A DNA stretch of 64,000 nt from an uncultured virus (IMG/VR IMGVR_UViG_3300009514_001431) (lineage: Duplodnaviria; Heunggongvirae; Uroviricota; Caudoviricetes): the IMG/VR virus record IMGVR_UViG_3300009514_001431. The stretch is one strand, 5' to 3'. Of the stretch, positions 47,380-56,349 are shown piece after piece; position 1 is the first letter of the stretch, and the number at the start of each line of letters is the position of its first letter. Made by a program: the position numbers and the translations under genes. Below the pieces are notes generated by a model. That model searched no databases, was not told the DNA's origin, and worked only from the letters and a program-made list of their open reading frames with translations.

Positions 47380-47976
47380 TTACCTCTTTTGGGGCCGAGC
47401 CTTTCGCGCGGTCTTTTTCTTGGCCTTGGTCTTGGCAACCTTTCGCTTGGCTGCCGCAGTCGGGCCGTTGGACGGCGATGGCGTCGGTGTCGGCGTAGGG
47501 GCGGGCGTAGCCTTGATCTCGCCACTGGCCTCCGTGGTTGGAGGCTCTTGACGCTCTGCAAGACCGAGAGCCCGGCCAGACTCAATCTCCAAACCGCGCG
47601 CCCGAGACTCGTGCTCGGTAGCCTGCTTGGTGAAGGTTCCGGCAAGAGACTCCAGGGTAGAAATCTGCCCCTTGGTCTGTTCGACCCGCGCCTTGGCGTT
47701 GGTCGAGAGCGACACAATCAGCGCCCGAATCGAGGCCGCTTCCTCCAACACACCCTTGTCGGCTTGGTTTTCCTGATGCGCAACAAGCCGCTTATCGATC
47801 ATCGGGATCACCTGATCCAAACCCTCTGCCATGACAGGGAGCTTGGTAAGGATGGCAACCGCTTCGCGTTGTTGTTGGGCAATCATTTCAGCGTGTTGTT
47901 TGCACGCGTTGGCCTGTGTGCGGTGGAATTGGATTTGCTCGTTGAGTTGCGTTTCCATTCGTTCTTTCGTCGTCAT
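47380..47976 (-). CDS. coiled-coil protein with basic tail
   Basis: heptad-rich body, PT linker, K/A-rich C-terminus. Confidence 0.75.
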   Translation of the reverse strand: MTTKERMETQLNEQIQFHRTQANACKQHAEMIAQQQREAVAILTKLPVMAEGLDQVIPMIDKRLVAHQENQADKGVLEEAASIRALIVSLSTNAKARVEQTKGQISTLESLAGTFTKQATEHESRARGLEIESGRALGLAERQEPPTTEASGEIKATPAPTPTPTPSPSNGPTAAAKRKVAKTKAKKKTARKARPQKR

Positions 47977-48000
47977 TTTGTCGTCTCCATTGTTTGAACA

Positions 48001-48027
48001 AGGGGCCTCCCACTACGGGAGGCCCCT
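48001..48027 (-). terminator. 11-bp GC-rich hairpin, probable intrinsic terminator or attenuator
   Basis: aggggcctccc-actac-gggaggcccct, followed on the minus strand by TGTTC; 10 nt after the stop of the 2275-aa gene. Confidence 0.65.
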
Positions 48028-48037
48028 GTAGTCAGCG

Positions 48038-51000
48038 CTAGGTCTGGTTGGTCCAAACCTCGACCGTGATCACGTCGCCGCTGATCAGCCCGAGGCTTGG
48101 GAAGTTGATGTCGCCGTTGGAGGGGGTGGTCCCGGCAATCACGTCGTTGCCACTGCCTTGCAGCATCCGAATGCCGTTGACGTAGACCGCAACCTCCGTG
48201 GCGAACGTCGCCGCACTGTGGTCCGGCAGGTCGTTGTTCACCGCATCAGTGTTCGACGTGGTGACATCGGTGCCCGCCGCGATCGTGGTGTTCACCGTCA
48301 CCTGACCGACAGTACGGGTCAGGTTGTTGCCCGAGGTCGTGACCTCTTCCCAAGACGTGCTGTCCGAGCCAGACCCCTTATGGATCCAGAAGCCACTCGA
48401 CGTTCCGTTGGAGCGGAACGTCACATCGCCGGGGTTGCCGGTGATGTTACTGACGGGCGTGACACTGGCCGCGAACAGGTCGATGTCAACGCCGTTCGCC
48501 GCCGCACCCGTGTTGTCCAGCTTGAGCAATTCCTCGGTGATGGCGAGGTCCGAATCGATCGTGATGTACCCGTTCGCTCCCGAGGTCGAGGCAGGTGGGA
48601 TCATCCGAAGGATGCCAGCAGCACCCGAACTACTATTCAGTCCGGGGCTGAACGTGATATTCCCCGAGCCATCCGTGCCCGCGTTAGCACTGGCGCTAAG
48701 AGAGATGTTGCCGACATTAGCTGCCTCACCACTCGCCGCACTGGACCCGACAGTGACCGAGAAGCCGCCGGCTGCCCCGAGCGTGTTGGACCCCGTGAAG
48801 AAATCCATCGCACCCGATTTTCCAGTAGGACCAGCGCCGGTCGCCGCCGCGCTTCCCGTAGTGAAGGACATCCCGCCCGAGTAGCCCGCCGTTCCGCCCA
48901 AAGGCAGACCGCCAGTGGTGAAGGACATCGACCCCGAGCCGCTTCCGGCGATGTCGCCGTTGTCCCCCGTAACCAGAGAGACGGTGCCGGACACCGACGT
49001 GGCCGTTCCGTTGGCATCGTCCGTGCCAAGGGAGATCGCACCACTGTTACCAGAGGTGTTTCCCTGCCCCGTCAGGACCGTGAAACCAGCACCATCGACC
49101 GTGGCTGCCGTGGCACTGCCGGGATTGATCTCGACATCGCCAACGGTGGCACCGTCAGCAGTCACAATGTCCACCTTGCTGCCAGCAAGCGTGCTCTGTA
49201 GCGTCAGGGCTCCGGCCGAAGCCTCCACGGTGCCCGAGGTTCCAGCGAACCGAATCGTGTCCGCAGCGCCACCGCCCGTGTTGGCTCCGACGTGAATGGT
49301 ATTGGTACCGCCGTTGTCGTCAACCGAAACACCCGCCGAGAACGAGTTGGCATCCGAGGTAACGTCGAAGGTCTGCGAGTTGACGTTGACGGTATCTCCG
49401 CCACCGGCACCTGCACCGAATCCAAGGGTCACACTGTCTCCGCCGCCTGCGGCGCTGACGGCCAGGAGATTCTGAGTCGCCGTCGTCGTCCAGTCACGGG
49501 TGTCGCCGTCTGAAACCTGCGATTGGAAACTGGCGCTCATAACGGCCGGCGAGGTTCCAACGTCCTCGTAAGCCTGCTCCAAGGTGGATGCGTTGAGGCT
49601 GGAGTCAGTGCCGCCGACCACGTTGAAATTCTCGCGGAACACGAGATTTCCCGAAGCGTCGGTACGGAACATCGTGAGGTTGACCTGCGCGACCGTGGCG
49701 GAGGTATCCGCCGCGTTCGTGAACACTTGGGCTTGCAGGAATTCCTCGGACAGCGCCGTACTCATGCCCTCGACATCGAGAACATCCGTGGCGATGGCCG
49801 AAATCGCGTACAGACCATCGTTCTCCGCGTCCGTGGACCCGGCAACGATGATAATGTCGCCAACCGAGAAGTTGGCCCCATCGCCCGAAGACACCTCGAT
49901 CTGGGCATCCGACGTGCTACTGACGCCTGCCGTGAAGGCAACCGAGTTGGTCACGGTCGCAGCAACCGTGCTGAGAACGTGAATGGTTCCAGATGTGGTA
50001 CCCGTCGTGGACGTGTACCCCTGGTTACCGCCGCCGTAGACTCCGTAAATGTCACCCTCAGAGGCGCCATTTCCGTAGTTCATGTTCGACGTATTGATGT
50101 TGACGATGCCGTTCTTGGAGTTGGAGACCTTGGTCAGCGCGGACGCCTCCACGACATTCTTGGTCGGGAAGGTGATCACCCAATCCGTCGCGGCATTCGT
50201 CCCGGTCGGGGTCATGTCGATGGTGACGGACCCTCCAACATCCAGGCCCACAGCGGTTGACGAGTTGACCTGCATGGCGAGCGTGTTGGTGATGTCACCA
50301 AAGGTGCCCGTGTGACCCGCACCCGTGAGCGCCGTCAGCGAACCAGCCGTGGTTCCGGTGATCAGGTTGACGGTCTTGGCCGCATTCCCCGTGAACAGGT
50401 TGCCGGTGACAGTCTCCGTATCGTTCGACACGTTGATCGTGGTGTCGGCCGTAACCGTCACGGTGCCCGAGCCAGCCGTGCTGGCCGCATCGATCGTGAC
50501 CAGCGAGTTGTTCCCGGTCACGTCCGTGTTGTTCGCCGAGATGTTGACCTCGGACTGCCCTGCGCCACCGTTGGTCACAGCCAGGTCGAGGTTCACCGTG
50601 CTTGCGGAGGTCCCACCATTCAGAGAGAGATTGGACGGAGCAACCGCGTCGAACGAGAAGGCTCCAGCCGTCGAGTCGAAGGTGAAATTCCCACTGGCCG
50701 TATCAAAGTCGATGTTGCCCGTAGTGAGCGTCGTCGCCGTGAAATCCGTGCCTGTGAGGGGCGTGATCAGAACCTCGCCAAGCCCATCGACCTCAAAGAT
50801 CGTCTGGCTTGAGGTACGGGCGGTGATGAGATCACCGGAACCCGTTTGGAGAACATCGAACGCGGTGCCCGAGCCGTTGCTCGTGAGAGCGACCATCGTG
50901 CCGGTGGACGACGCATCGTCCGTAGCCGTCAAAAGGCTGCCTCCCGTGCCGGCGGTGTGGTTGCCTGCAAGCAGGTTCAACAGAGTGGTCGAGTCGTTCA

Positions 51001-54000
51001 CCGTGCCGGTGATGTCGATCGAGGTATTCGCCGACGAAACCGTGATGTCCGAGCCCGTGGCGTATGCGGTTTGCAGGGACGTGGACCCAACGCCGATGGC
51101 GGTGTAGGTCAGAGCGGCCGTGTTGTCTCCGTCCGCAACCTCCCACGATCCCGCGTTGCAACGGAGCACGCAGATGTCAGCCTTGTAGAGCGTGCCCGTG
51201 GCAGTCGCGTCCGTGGGCATGTCCTCTTTGAACATCCCGTCGATCGGGGCAGTCGAAAAGCCAGCGACCTCGATCTTGTTGGTCGAGCGAGCCGTGACCT
51301 GCCACAGTCCATTGAGGCATTCCGGCGTGCAGCCCTCGGCGATAATGAAATCGCCGACCGACACACCCGGAGTCGCAGCCCCGTCCACGTCAAAGAAGGC
51401 ATCCGCGCCACTCTGAGCATTCGACCCCGTGATCGTGGATCCAGGGGTGAACGTGTTGGCATCCGTGACCACACAGATGCCGCCCGCCAAGGCCGTGCTC
51501 GGAACCGGAGACGCATTGATCGTCAGGTAGTTCTCGTGAGACGAAGCGTCCTTGCCGAACATGTGGTACTCGGTCGCCCACTGGTGGTGGCCGTAGTCCA
51601 CAGGCGCATCGAACCGGAGACATTCACCGGCCATGTCGATGTCACGACCCGCCGTAATGTCCACGTCGCTGGAGCCACCCGACAGGATCGTGACCTCGGT
51701 GCCCGCCGCGATGTCGATCGACGTGCCAGCGGTGAGGTCGATGTCCGTAGACCCGGACGTGATGTCCACCGAGTCAGCGGTGGCCGAGAAATTCGACAGG
51801 TTGTCGAACACAGCCAAGTCCCCGCCCGTGTCGGCGGTGATCAACAGAAGGCTGTTCGTGCCGTCCGTGACATCGAAGGTTGCGCCCGTCGCCGTCTCGG
51901 CCAGGTCAACCGTAACCGAATCACCGGCCGCAGCCGCAGCAACGGTCAGGATGCCGGTGTCCCCCGAATCCGAGAAACGCATCGAGCTACTGTCGGGGAT
52001 ACCCCATGACAGGTCCCCCGCCGCTTGCGTCCAAGTCGGATCCGCAGCGATCTGATTGTCCACGACCTCTTTGAGAGTGTCGCTCGTCGCTACATCGTCC
52101 AAGGTTGCCAGGCGTACCCAATCGCCGCCGGAACCCGTGCCCGACGTGTCGTTGAGCCAAAGCTCCGGGGTCGTCGCTGCGTTGACCACTACTGCCAGCG
52201 AGCCCGAAGGCGCACTGTGCGTCGGGTCGGCTGCCTGATCCATCGAGAAGACACGGAAACCGTGACCACCGCCCGTGCCACCGCCCGAGTTGAGGATCGT
52301 AAGAACCGCATCTTCCGCATCGACGTTTGCGCTGGCCGGAGTGGAGATGGCAACCGGAGTGGCCGCACCGCCTGCACCGGGCGTACCACCCACGATGCTC
52401 ACGTTGGGAGCATCGTTGCCCGCTCCCGACGAAACACCGCCCGTGATGGTGGTGCTGTACGTGCTCGCATCCGAGGCGGTACCCGCGTTCACGTCCACGG
52501 TCGTACCCGCGTCGATGTCGAGTCCCGTTCCCGCCGTGATGGCGATGCTGGTGCCCGAATCCATATCCACGGCATCTACGGAATTGAGGATCAAATCCCC
52601 AGACGTGAGCGTGGTAACGCTCAGGTCGTTGCCGGTTACGGAGACATTGGAAGCAAGCGTGCCGTCGATGCTGAATGCAGCCGCATCCGACGTGAAGCTA
52701 TCGACCGCCGAACCGAACGCGATGATCGAGCCAGCCACCGAATCATCGGAGTCACTGGTCACCGTGAGCAGGGCCGCACTGGCGCTGTCGCCAAGCTCCC
52801 AGGTGTTGTCCTGTCCGATGTCCAGGGTGTGATTGACCGTCGTGGTGACGATCGTGGCACCCTGGTTGTCGTACACGTCCTGACGGTCAGCCGACGTGAC
52901 GCCCGCCGCGTCGAGCTTGGTCCAAGTGGTGCCCGAGGTAGTCGAGGTATTGACGTAGACCTCGCCGCCGGAACCCGTGTCTCGCATGTAGATCGAGCCC
53001 GCCAGGCCATCGACAGCGCCCGCTTGAGGCTCAACCGTGCCCGCGAACAACTGGACCGTCTGGACCGTGTTCTCAAGCTGAACGATCTCGTGGGTGTGGT
53101 CGCCACCGCTGACGAGACGAACCGTGCCGCGCGTTCCGGCTGCACCGGATCCGCCGACGCCGGGGGCACCCCCCGACAGAACGACATCGCCACCATCGGC
53201 GTTGTCTGAGGTTCCGGCGCCAGCACCACCGGCACCACCCGTCATGGAGGCGTCGCCGCCCGCAGCCGGTTGAGCCGGGTCCACCGTGCCTGCTTGACCA
53301 GCACCGCCCGCGCCAGCCGTAAGCGAGACGTTGCCGCCAAGGCCAGCGTCTCCGCCGAGGCTGCCGCCCGAGTCGGTGCCATCACCAGCACCGCCCGCGC
53401 CGGCAAGGAAAGCCAGGCTTCCGCCCATGCCTCCCGCGTCCGGTGTGGCACCTTCGGCTGCCGCACCGCCCACACCAGCGTCCACGGTCACATCGCCGCC
53501 ATCGCCGCCATCCGAGCCGGAGCCACCGGCACCACCGTTGCCCGTATTGATGTCCAGCGTTCCGCCCGCGAAGCCTGCGGACCCGATGCCCGTGGTCAGG
53601 TCAAGCTCACCACCCGCACTAGACGAGCCAGCGCCAGTCGTGACTGTCACACCGTCTGCGGTACCCGCCGTGATCGCCACGGCATCGGCCGAGGTCACGT
53701 TCAACTGGCCGCTCGTGACCGTCTGGAGGGTCAGAGTGTCGCCGGTCGCCCGAATGTCGAGCGCGGCAGCACGGTTGACCTGACCAGCGGTGAGGCCAAC
53801 CTCGATGCCGGTCGAGCCCGAGTCGATCGTCATTCCGTTCAGGAAATCGACGGTCGTGGCGTTGTTGTCGTAGTCCGATCCGTTGATCTCGACCTCGGAG
53901 GTCGTGACCGAGGCCGTGCCGAGCGTGACCTTGACGCTACCGCCAGCCCCCTGCGTGATCGTCTCGATGCGAGCGAAGCTGGCGTTGGTACCCGCTTCCT

Positions 54001-54865
54001 CCCACTCCCAATGATCGCCAGTGGTCTGGGAGATGTCGATGTCGTCGGTCTGTGTGGCGATGGTCCCGTACTGGTTGTCCATCGCCTGATCGAGCGTCAC
54101 ATCGACCGTCGCCGTTTGATCGACAAAGTTGCGCGTCGAAAGATTGCAGTCCTCTTGGAGCAGATCGAGCGTCGTGCGGAAGATGTAGTTGTAGTTGATC
54201 GACTTGTTCTCGATGTCGGCAACCGGGCAAGCCTCCAGGTCATCGAAGCCCGCGTCCGGGCGAACGAACGAAATCTGACCGTCGTTGGTACCCCCACCCG
54301 TCGTCCACGCCGCACCGTCCGTCGCACCGTTCTTGACCTGGAGCAGACCGTACGCATCACGCCCCCCCGACTGGATCTTCTGACCCGTCGAAGAATCGCG
54401 GATCTCCAGAAGGTTCCGGGGGTGAAGCTCGTCAGGGCCAGTGCCCGTCCCACCGTGCTCGTACATTTGGTGCGTCCCAAGCTCAGCCACCCCAAGCTCG
54501 GCACACAAAGCACCATTGGTCGAGGTTCCGAAAGCGACAACCTCACTCGGTACCTCACCACCCCCAAGCTCGACCCAGTTCTGGCTACTCGGAACGGAGA
54601 TGTCGGTCAGGACGTTCGCGTAGCAGAGGATTTTCTTGTCCTCCAGATCCGAAAGGTCGGTGTCCAGAGTCTCGACGGTACGAGTTACCGCCGTGTACCA
54701 CTTGGTCGCCCCCGTGACGTTTTGGATCTGCGAGATGATCGAATTGATCACGTCGTCAAGATCGGTCGGAGCGGATTCCAGGGTCGCCCCTGCTGCAAGA
54801 GTGTCATCCCAATCGGCGGTTTCTTTGGTGTCTACCTGCTTGGGCCTTACGAACGTGGTGGTCAT
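48038..54865 (-). CDS. very large acidic Gly/Thr-rich virion fibre or decoration protein (2275 aa)
   Basis: repeated L.Q[AV][YM]DN junctions, Gly-rich arrays, C-terminal VYVNG..G.GND..GDVI.V domain. Confidence 0.8.
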   Translation of the reverse strand: MTTTFVRPKQVDTKETADWDDTLAAGATLESAPTDLDDVINSIISQIQNVTGATKWYTAVTRTVETLDTDLSDLEDKKILCYANVLTDISVPSSQNWVELGGGEVPSEVVAFGTSTNGALCAELGVAELGTHQMYEHGGTGTGPDELHPRNLLEIRDSSTGQKIQSGGRDAYGLLQVKNGATDGAAWTTGGGTNDGQISFVRPDAGFDDLEACPVADIENKSINYNYIFRTTLDLLQEDCNLSTRNFVDQTATVDVTLDQAMDNQYGTIATQTDDIDISQTTGDHWEWEEAGTNASFARIETITQGAGGSVKVTLGTASVTTSEVEINGSDYDNNATTVDFLNGMTIDSGSTGIEVGLTAGQVNRAAALDIRATGDTLTLQTVTSGQLNVTSADAVAITAGTADGVTVTTGAGSSSAGGELDLTTGIGSAGFAGGTLDINTGNGGAGGSGSDGGDGGDVTVDAGVGGAAAEGATPDAGGMGGSLAFLAGAGGAGDGTDSGGSLGGDAGLGGNVSLTAGAGGAGQAGTVDPAQPAAGGDASMTGGAGGAGAGTSDNADGGDVVLSGGAPGVGGSGAAGTRGTVRLVSGGDHTHEIVQLENTVQTVQLFAGTVEPQAGAVDGLAGSIYMRDTGSGGEVYVNTSTTSGTTWTKLDAAGVTSADRQDVYDNQGATIVTTTVNHTLDIGQDNTWELGDSASAALLTVTSDSDDSVAGSIIAFGSAVDSFTSDAAAFSIDGTLASNVSVTGNDLSVTTLTSGDLILNSVDAVDMDSGTSIAITAGTGLDIDAGTTVDVNAGTASDASTYSTTITGGVSSGAGNDAPNVSIVGGTPGAGGAATPVAISTPASANVDAEDAVLTILNSGGGTGGGHGFRVFSMDQAADPTHSAPSGSLAVVVNAATTPELWLNDTSGTGSGGDWVRLATLDDVATSDTLKEVVDNQIAADPTWTQAAGDLSWGIPDSSSMRFSDSGDTGILTVAAAAAGDSVTVDLAETATGATFDVTDGTNSLLLITADTGGDLAVFDNLSNFSATADSVDITSGSTDIDLTAGTSIDIAAGTEVTILSGGSSDVDITAGRDIDMAGECLRFDAPVDYGHHQWATEYHMFGKDASSHENYLTINASPVPSTALAGGICVVTDANTFTPGSTITGSNAQSGADAFFDVDGAATPGVSVGDFIIAEGCTPECLNGLWQVTARSTNKIEVAGFSTAPIDGMFKEDMPTDATATGTLYKADICVLRCNAGSWEVADGDNTAALTYTAIGVGSTSLQTAYATGSDITVSSANTSIDITGTVNDSTTLLNLLAGNHTAGTGGSLLTATDDASSTGTMVALTSNGSGTAFDVLQTGSGDLITARTSSQTIFEVDGLGEVLITPLTGTDFTATTLTTGNIDFDTASGNFTFDSTAGAFSFDAVAPSNLSLNGGTSASTVNLDLAVTNGGAGQSEVNISANNTDVTGNNSLVTIDAASTAGSGTVTVTADTTINVSNDTETVTGNLFTGNAAKTVNLITGTTAGSLTALTGAGHTGTFGDITNTLAMQVNSSTAVGLDVGGSVTIDMTPTGTNAATDWVITFPTKNVVEASALTKVSNSKNGIVNINTSNMNYGNGASEGDIYGVYGGGNQGYTSTTGTTSGTIHVLSTVAATVTNSVAFTAGVSSTSDAQIEVSSGDGANFSVGDIIIVAGSTDAENDGLYAISAIATDVLDVEGMSTALSEEFLQAQVFTNAADTSATVAQVNLTMFRTDASGNLVFRENFNVVGGTDSSLNASTLEQAYEDVGTSPAVMSASFQSQVSDGDTRDWTTTATQNLLAVSAAGGGDSVTLGFGAGAGGGDTVNVNSQTFDVTSDANSFSAGVSVDDNGGTNTIHVGANTGGGAADTIRFAGTSGTVEASAGALTLQSTLAGSKVDIVTADGATVGDVEINPGSATAATVDGAGFTVLTGQGNTSGNSGAISLGTDDANGTATSVSGTVSLVTGDNGDIAGSGSGSMSFTTGGLPLGGTAGYSGGMSFTTGSAAATGAGPTGKSGAMDFFTGSNTLGAAGGFSVTVGSSAASGEAANVGNISLSASANAGTDGSGNITFSPGLNSSSGAAGILRMIPPASTSGANGYITIDSDLAITEELLKLDNTGAAANGVDIDLFAASVTPVSNITGNPGDVTFRSNGTSSGFWIHKGSGSDSTSWEEVTTSGNNLTRTVGQVTVNTTIAAGTDVTTSNTDAVNNDLPDHSAATFATEVAVYVNGIRMLQGSGNDVIAGTTPSNGDINFPSLGLISGDVITVEVWTNQT

Positions 54866-54894
54866 TTTTCTGCCTCTTTACGGGTCGTGGCTCG

Positions 54895-55368
54895 CTACTT
54901 GCGAAGGAAATCCACGAGAATGGCGTCCCCTGTCAGCGGGACGTAGGTGAACGTGATGGTGTCGAAGCCAGTGCCGGGGCCACCGGACTCCGAAGCGGTG
55001 AAATCGTTAGCGGAGCCCTCGTTTTGACGGACTCCGTTGACGGTGACGCGCATCTCGATGCCCGCCGTTGTTGAATGGAAAGCTGTCGCACTCGCATTGA
55101 GTGTGAAAATAGACGTGATACCGTTAGCCTGTGCCGAGAGGTCGTCCGTGATGTACGGACCCATCGGCACCCACCCCGTCGTCCCACCCGAAACGGCCTG
55201 CTTGCTGTAGATCGAATTTCCGAACGTCCCATCCGTTCGGAGGAACACGTCCCCGATGTTTCCAGTCTCGGATCCTTCGGGGTCGCCAGCGCCAATGTGA
55301 ATCGCCGGAATCCCGCCCGACCCGATCAGGGCGAGTAGGAATCCGTAGTTCGTGCTTGACGTGACCAT
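54895..55368 (-). CDS. small virion structural protein
   Basis: GAGDPEG..GNIGDVFLRTDG module plus V.VNGVRQ..G..NDF domain, both shared with the 2275-aa protein. Confidence 0.75.
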   Translation of the reverse strand: MVTSSTNYGFLLALIGSGGIPAIHIGAGDPEGSETGNIGDVFLRTDGTFGNSIYSKQAVSGGTTGWVPMGPYITDDLSAQANGITSIFTLNASATAFHSTTAGIEMRVTVNGVRQNEGSANDFTASESGGPGTGFDTITFTYVPLTGDAILVDFLRK

Positions 55369-55458
55369 GCCGCTTAGCGGCCTGGACGGCCGCTCTCACA
55401 AGGAGCGGCCCGATAGACAGAATCGCGGGGTTTCGCGGGCTCGGGCAGCTTCGCCCGC
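55369..55458 (-). promoter_or_regulatory. structured intergenic leader (three hairpins)
   Basis: gccgc-tta-gcggc (55369-81), ggccgctc-tcacaag-gagcggcc (55388-410), cgggc-agcttc-gcccg (about 55442-57). Confidence 0.5.
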
Positions 55459-55473
55459 GCTATGTCCGCACAC

Positions 55474-56349
55474 CTACTCGCCGAGGTAGCGCATCGCCAC
55501 GATCCGCGCCGATGCGGTGCGTTGGTCCGCCGACGCGACCCGATACTTGCCAAGGTTCTTTTCCAGGCTCGCCATCTGCTTGTCGGAAATCGGAAGACCC
55601 TCGGCCAACCTTTTCCCTACGTTCGCCAAGAAATCCATGAGCCATTGGTCCCCGCGCCGCTTGGCCTCGGAGTAGAGCTTGCGCGCACGCTGGTACAACG
55701 CCTCGTCGCGCTGGCTTGCGGGCTCAACAGGCTCGGCAACGGGCTCAGAAAAGGATCCCGACGCCTTTCCGATCGCAGCCTTCTGCTTCTTGGTCAGGAT
55801 TCCGCCACCCTCCAGCTTGCGGTGGAAATCAGCCAGCATCCTGTTTGACCCCCAATTCGGGATCGCTTCGATCTCGGCCAGCGACTCGGCCTTGTACGCA
55901 TCCCGATCAGCGATCTCTGCCAGGGAATCGTAGAACGTCGCAGCCTTGTCGTAAGCCTGCTTCATCGCCTTCACGCCCTTTTGCATGACCGTCGCGCGCC
56001 AGTTTTTCGTGCGGTTGAACCGCGACTGACCAAGGGCCTTGCGATTCAGGGCGTACCCCGTGACCGCACTCACCAGCTTCATGTGGATCGCGGCTTGACC
56101 GCGCCCCATGACCTGCTCACTTTGGCCGATGGAGGACGAGATGTGGATCGCTACAGTGCCCTTGAGGCTCGCAGGGAGCTTCGGCGGACGACCCTTCACC
56201 CCTGATGGGGTTGGGGGGCGCGGCTCTCTATTGAGCATGAGTAGGTAGACGCCCTGTCTGTTCTCGTCCCGCGCCCACGGAAGGCGAGTCGAGTCGAGCC
56301 AGTCCTCCCATTCTTCTCGGGAGATCGGGACGAAATGCCCTCCAGCCAT
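55474..56349 (-). CDS. hypothetical protein with C-terminal IVAMRYL tag
   Basis: from MAGGHFVPIS (TGATG overlap with the helicase); two [LI][TS].KQ helical repeats; ends TASARIVAMRYLGE. Confidence 0.8.
   Translation of the reverse strand: MAGGHFVPISREEWEDWLDSTRLPWARDENRQGVYLLMLNREPRPPTPSGVKGRPPKLPASLKGTVAIHISSSIGQSEQVMGRGQAAIHMKLVSAVTGYALNRKALGQSRFNRTKNWRATVMQKGVKAMKQAYDKAATFYDSLAEIADRDAYKAESLAEIEAIPNWGSNRMLADFHRKLEGGGILTKKQKAAIGKASGSFSEPVAEPVEPASQRDEALYQRARKLYSEAKRRGDQWLMDFLANVGKRLAEGLPISDKQMASLEKNLGKYRVASADQRTASARIVAMRYLGE

Noticed and set aside
42535..54865. Mycobacterial PE_PGRS or collagen genes
   Set aside because: No PE domain and no Gly-X-Y triplet register; the context is phage fibre genes
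54878..54901. LRVVARYL, a tag-like peptide, in a + strand frame
   Set aside because: Lies in a shadow ORF antisense to the structural operon with no plausible start; treated as chance, and a reminder that the tag needs a statistical test
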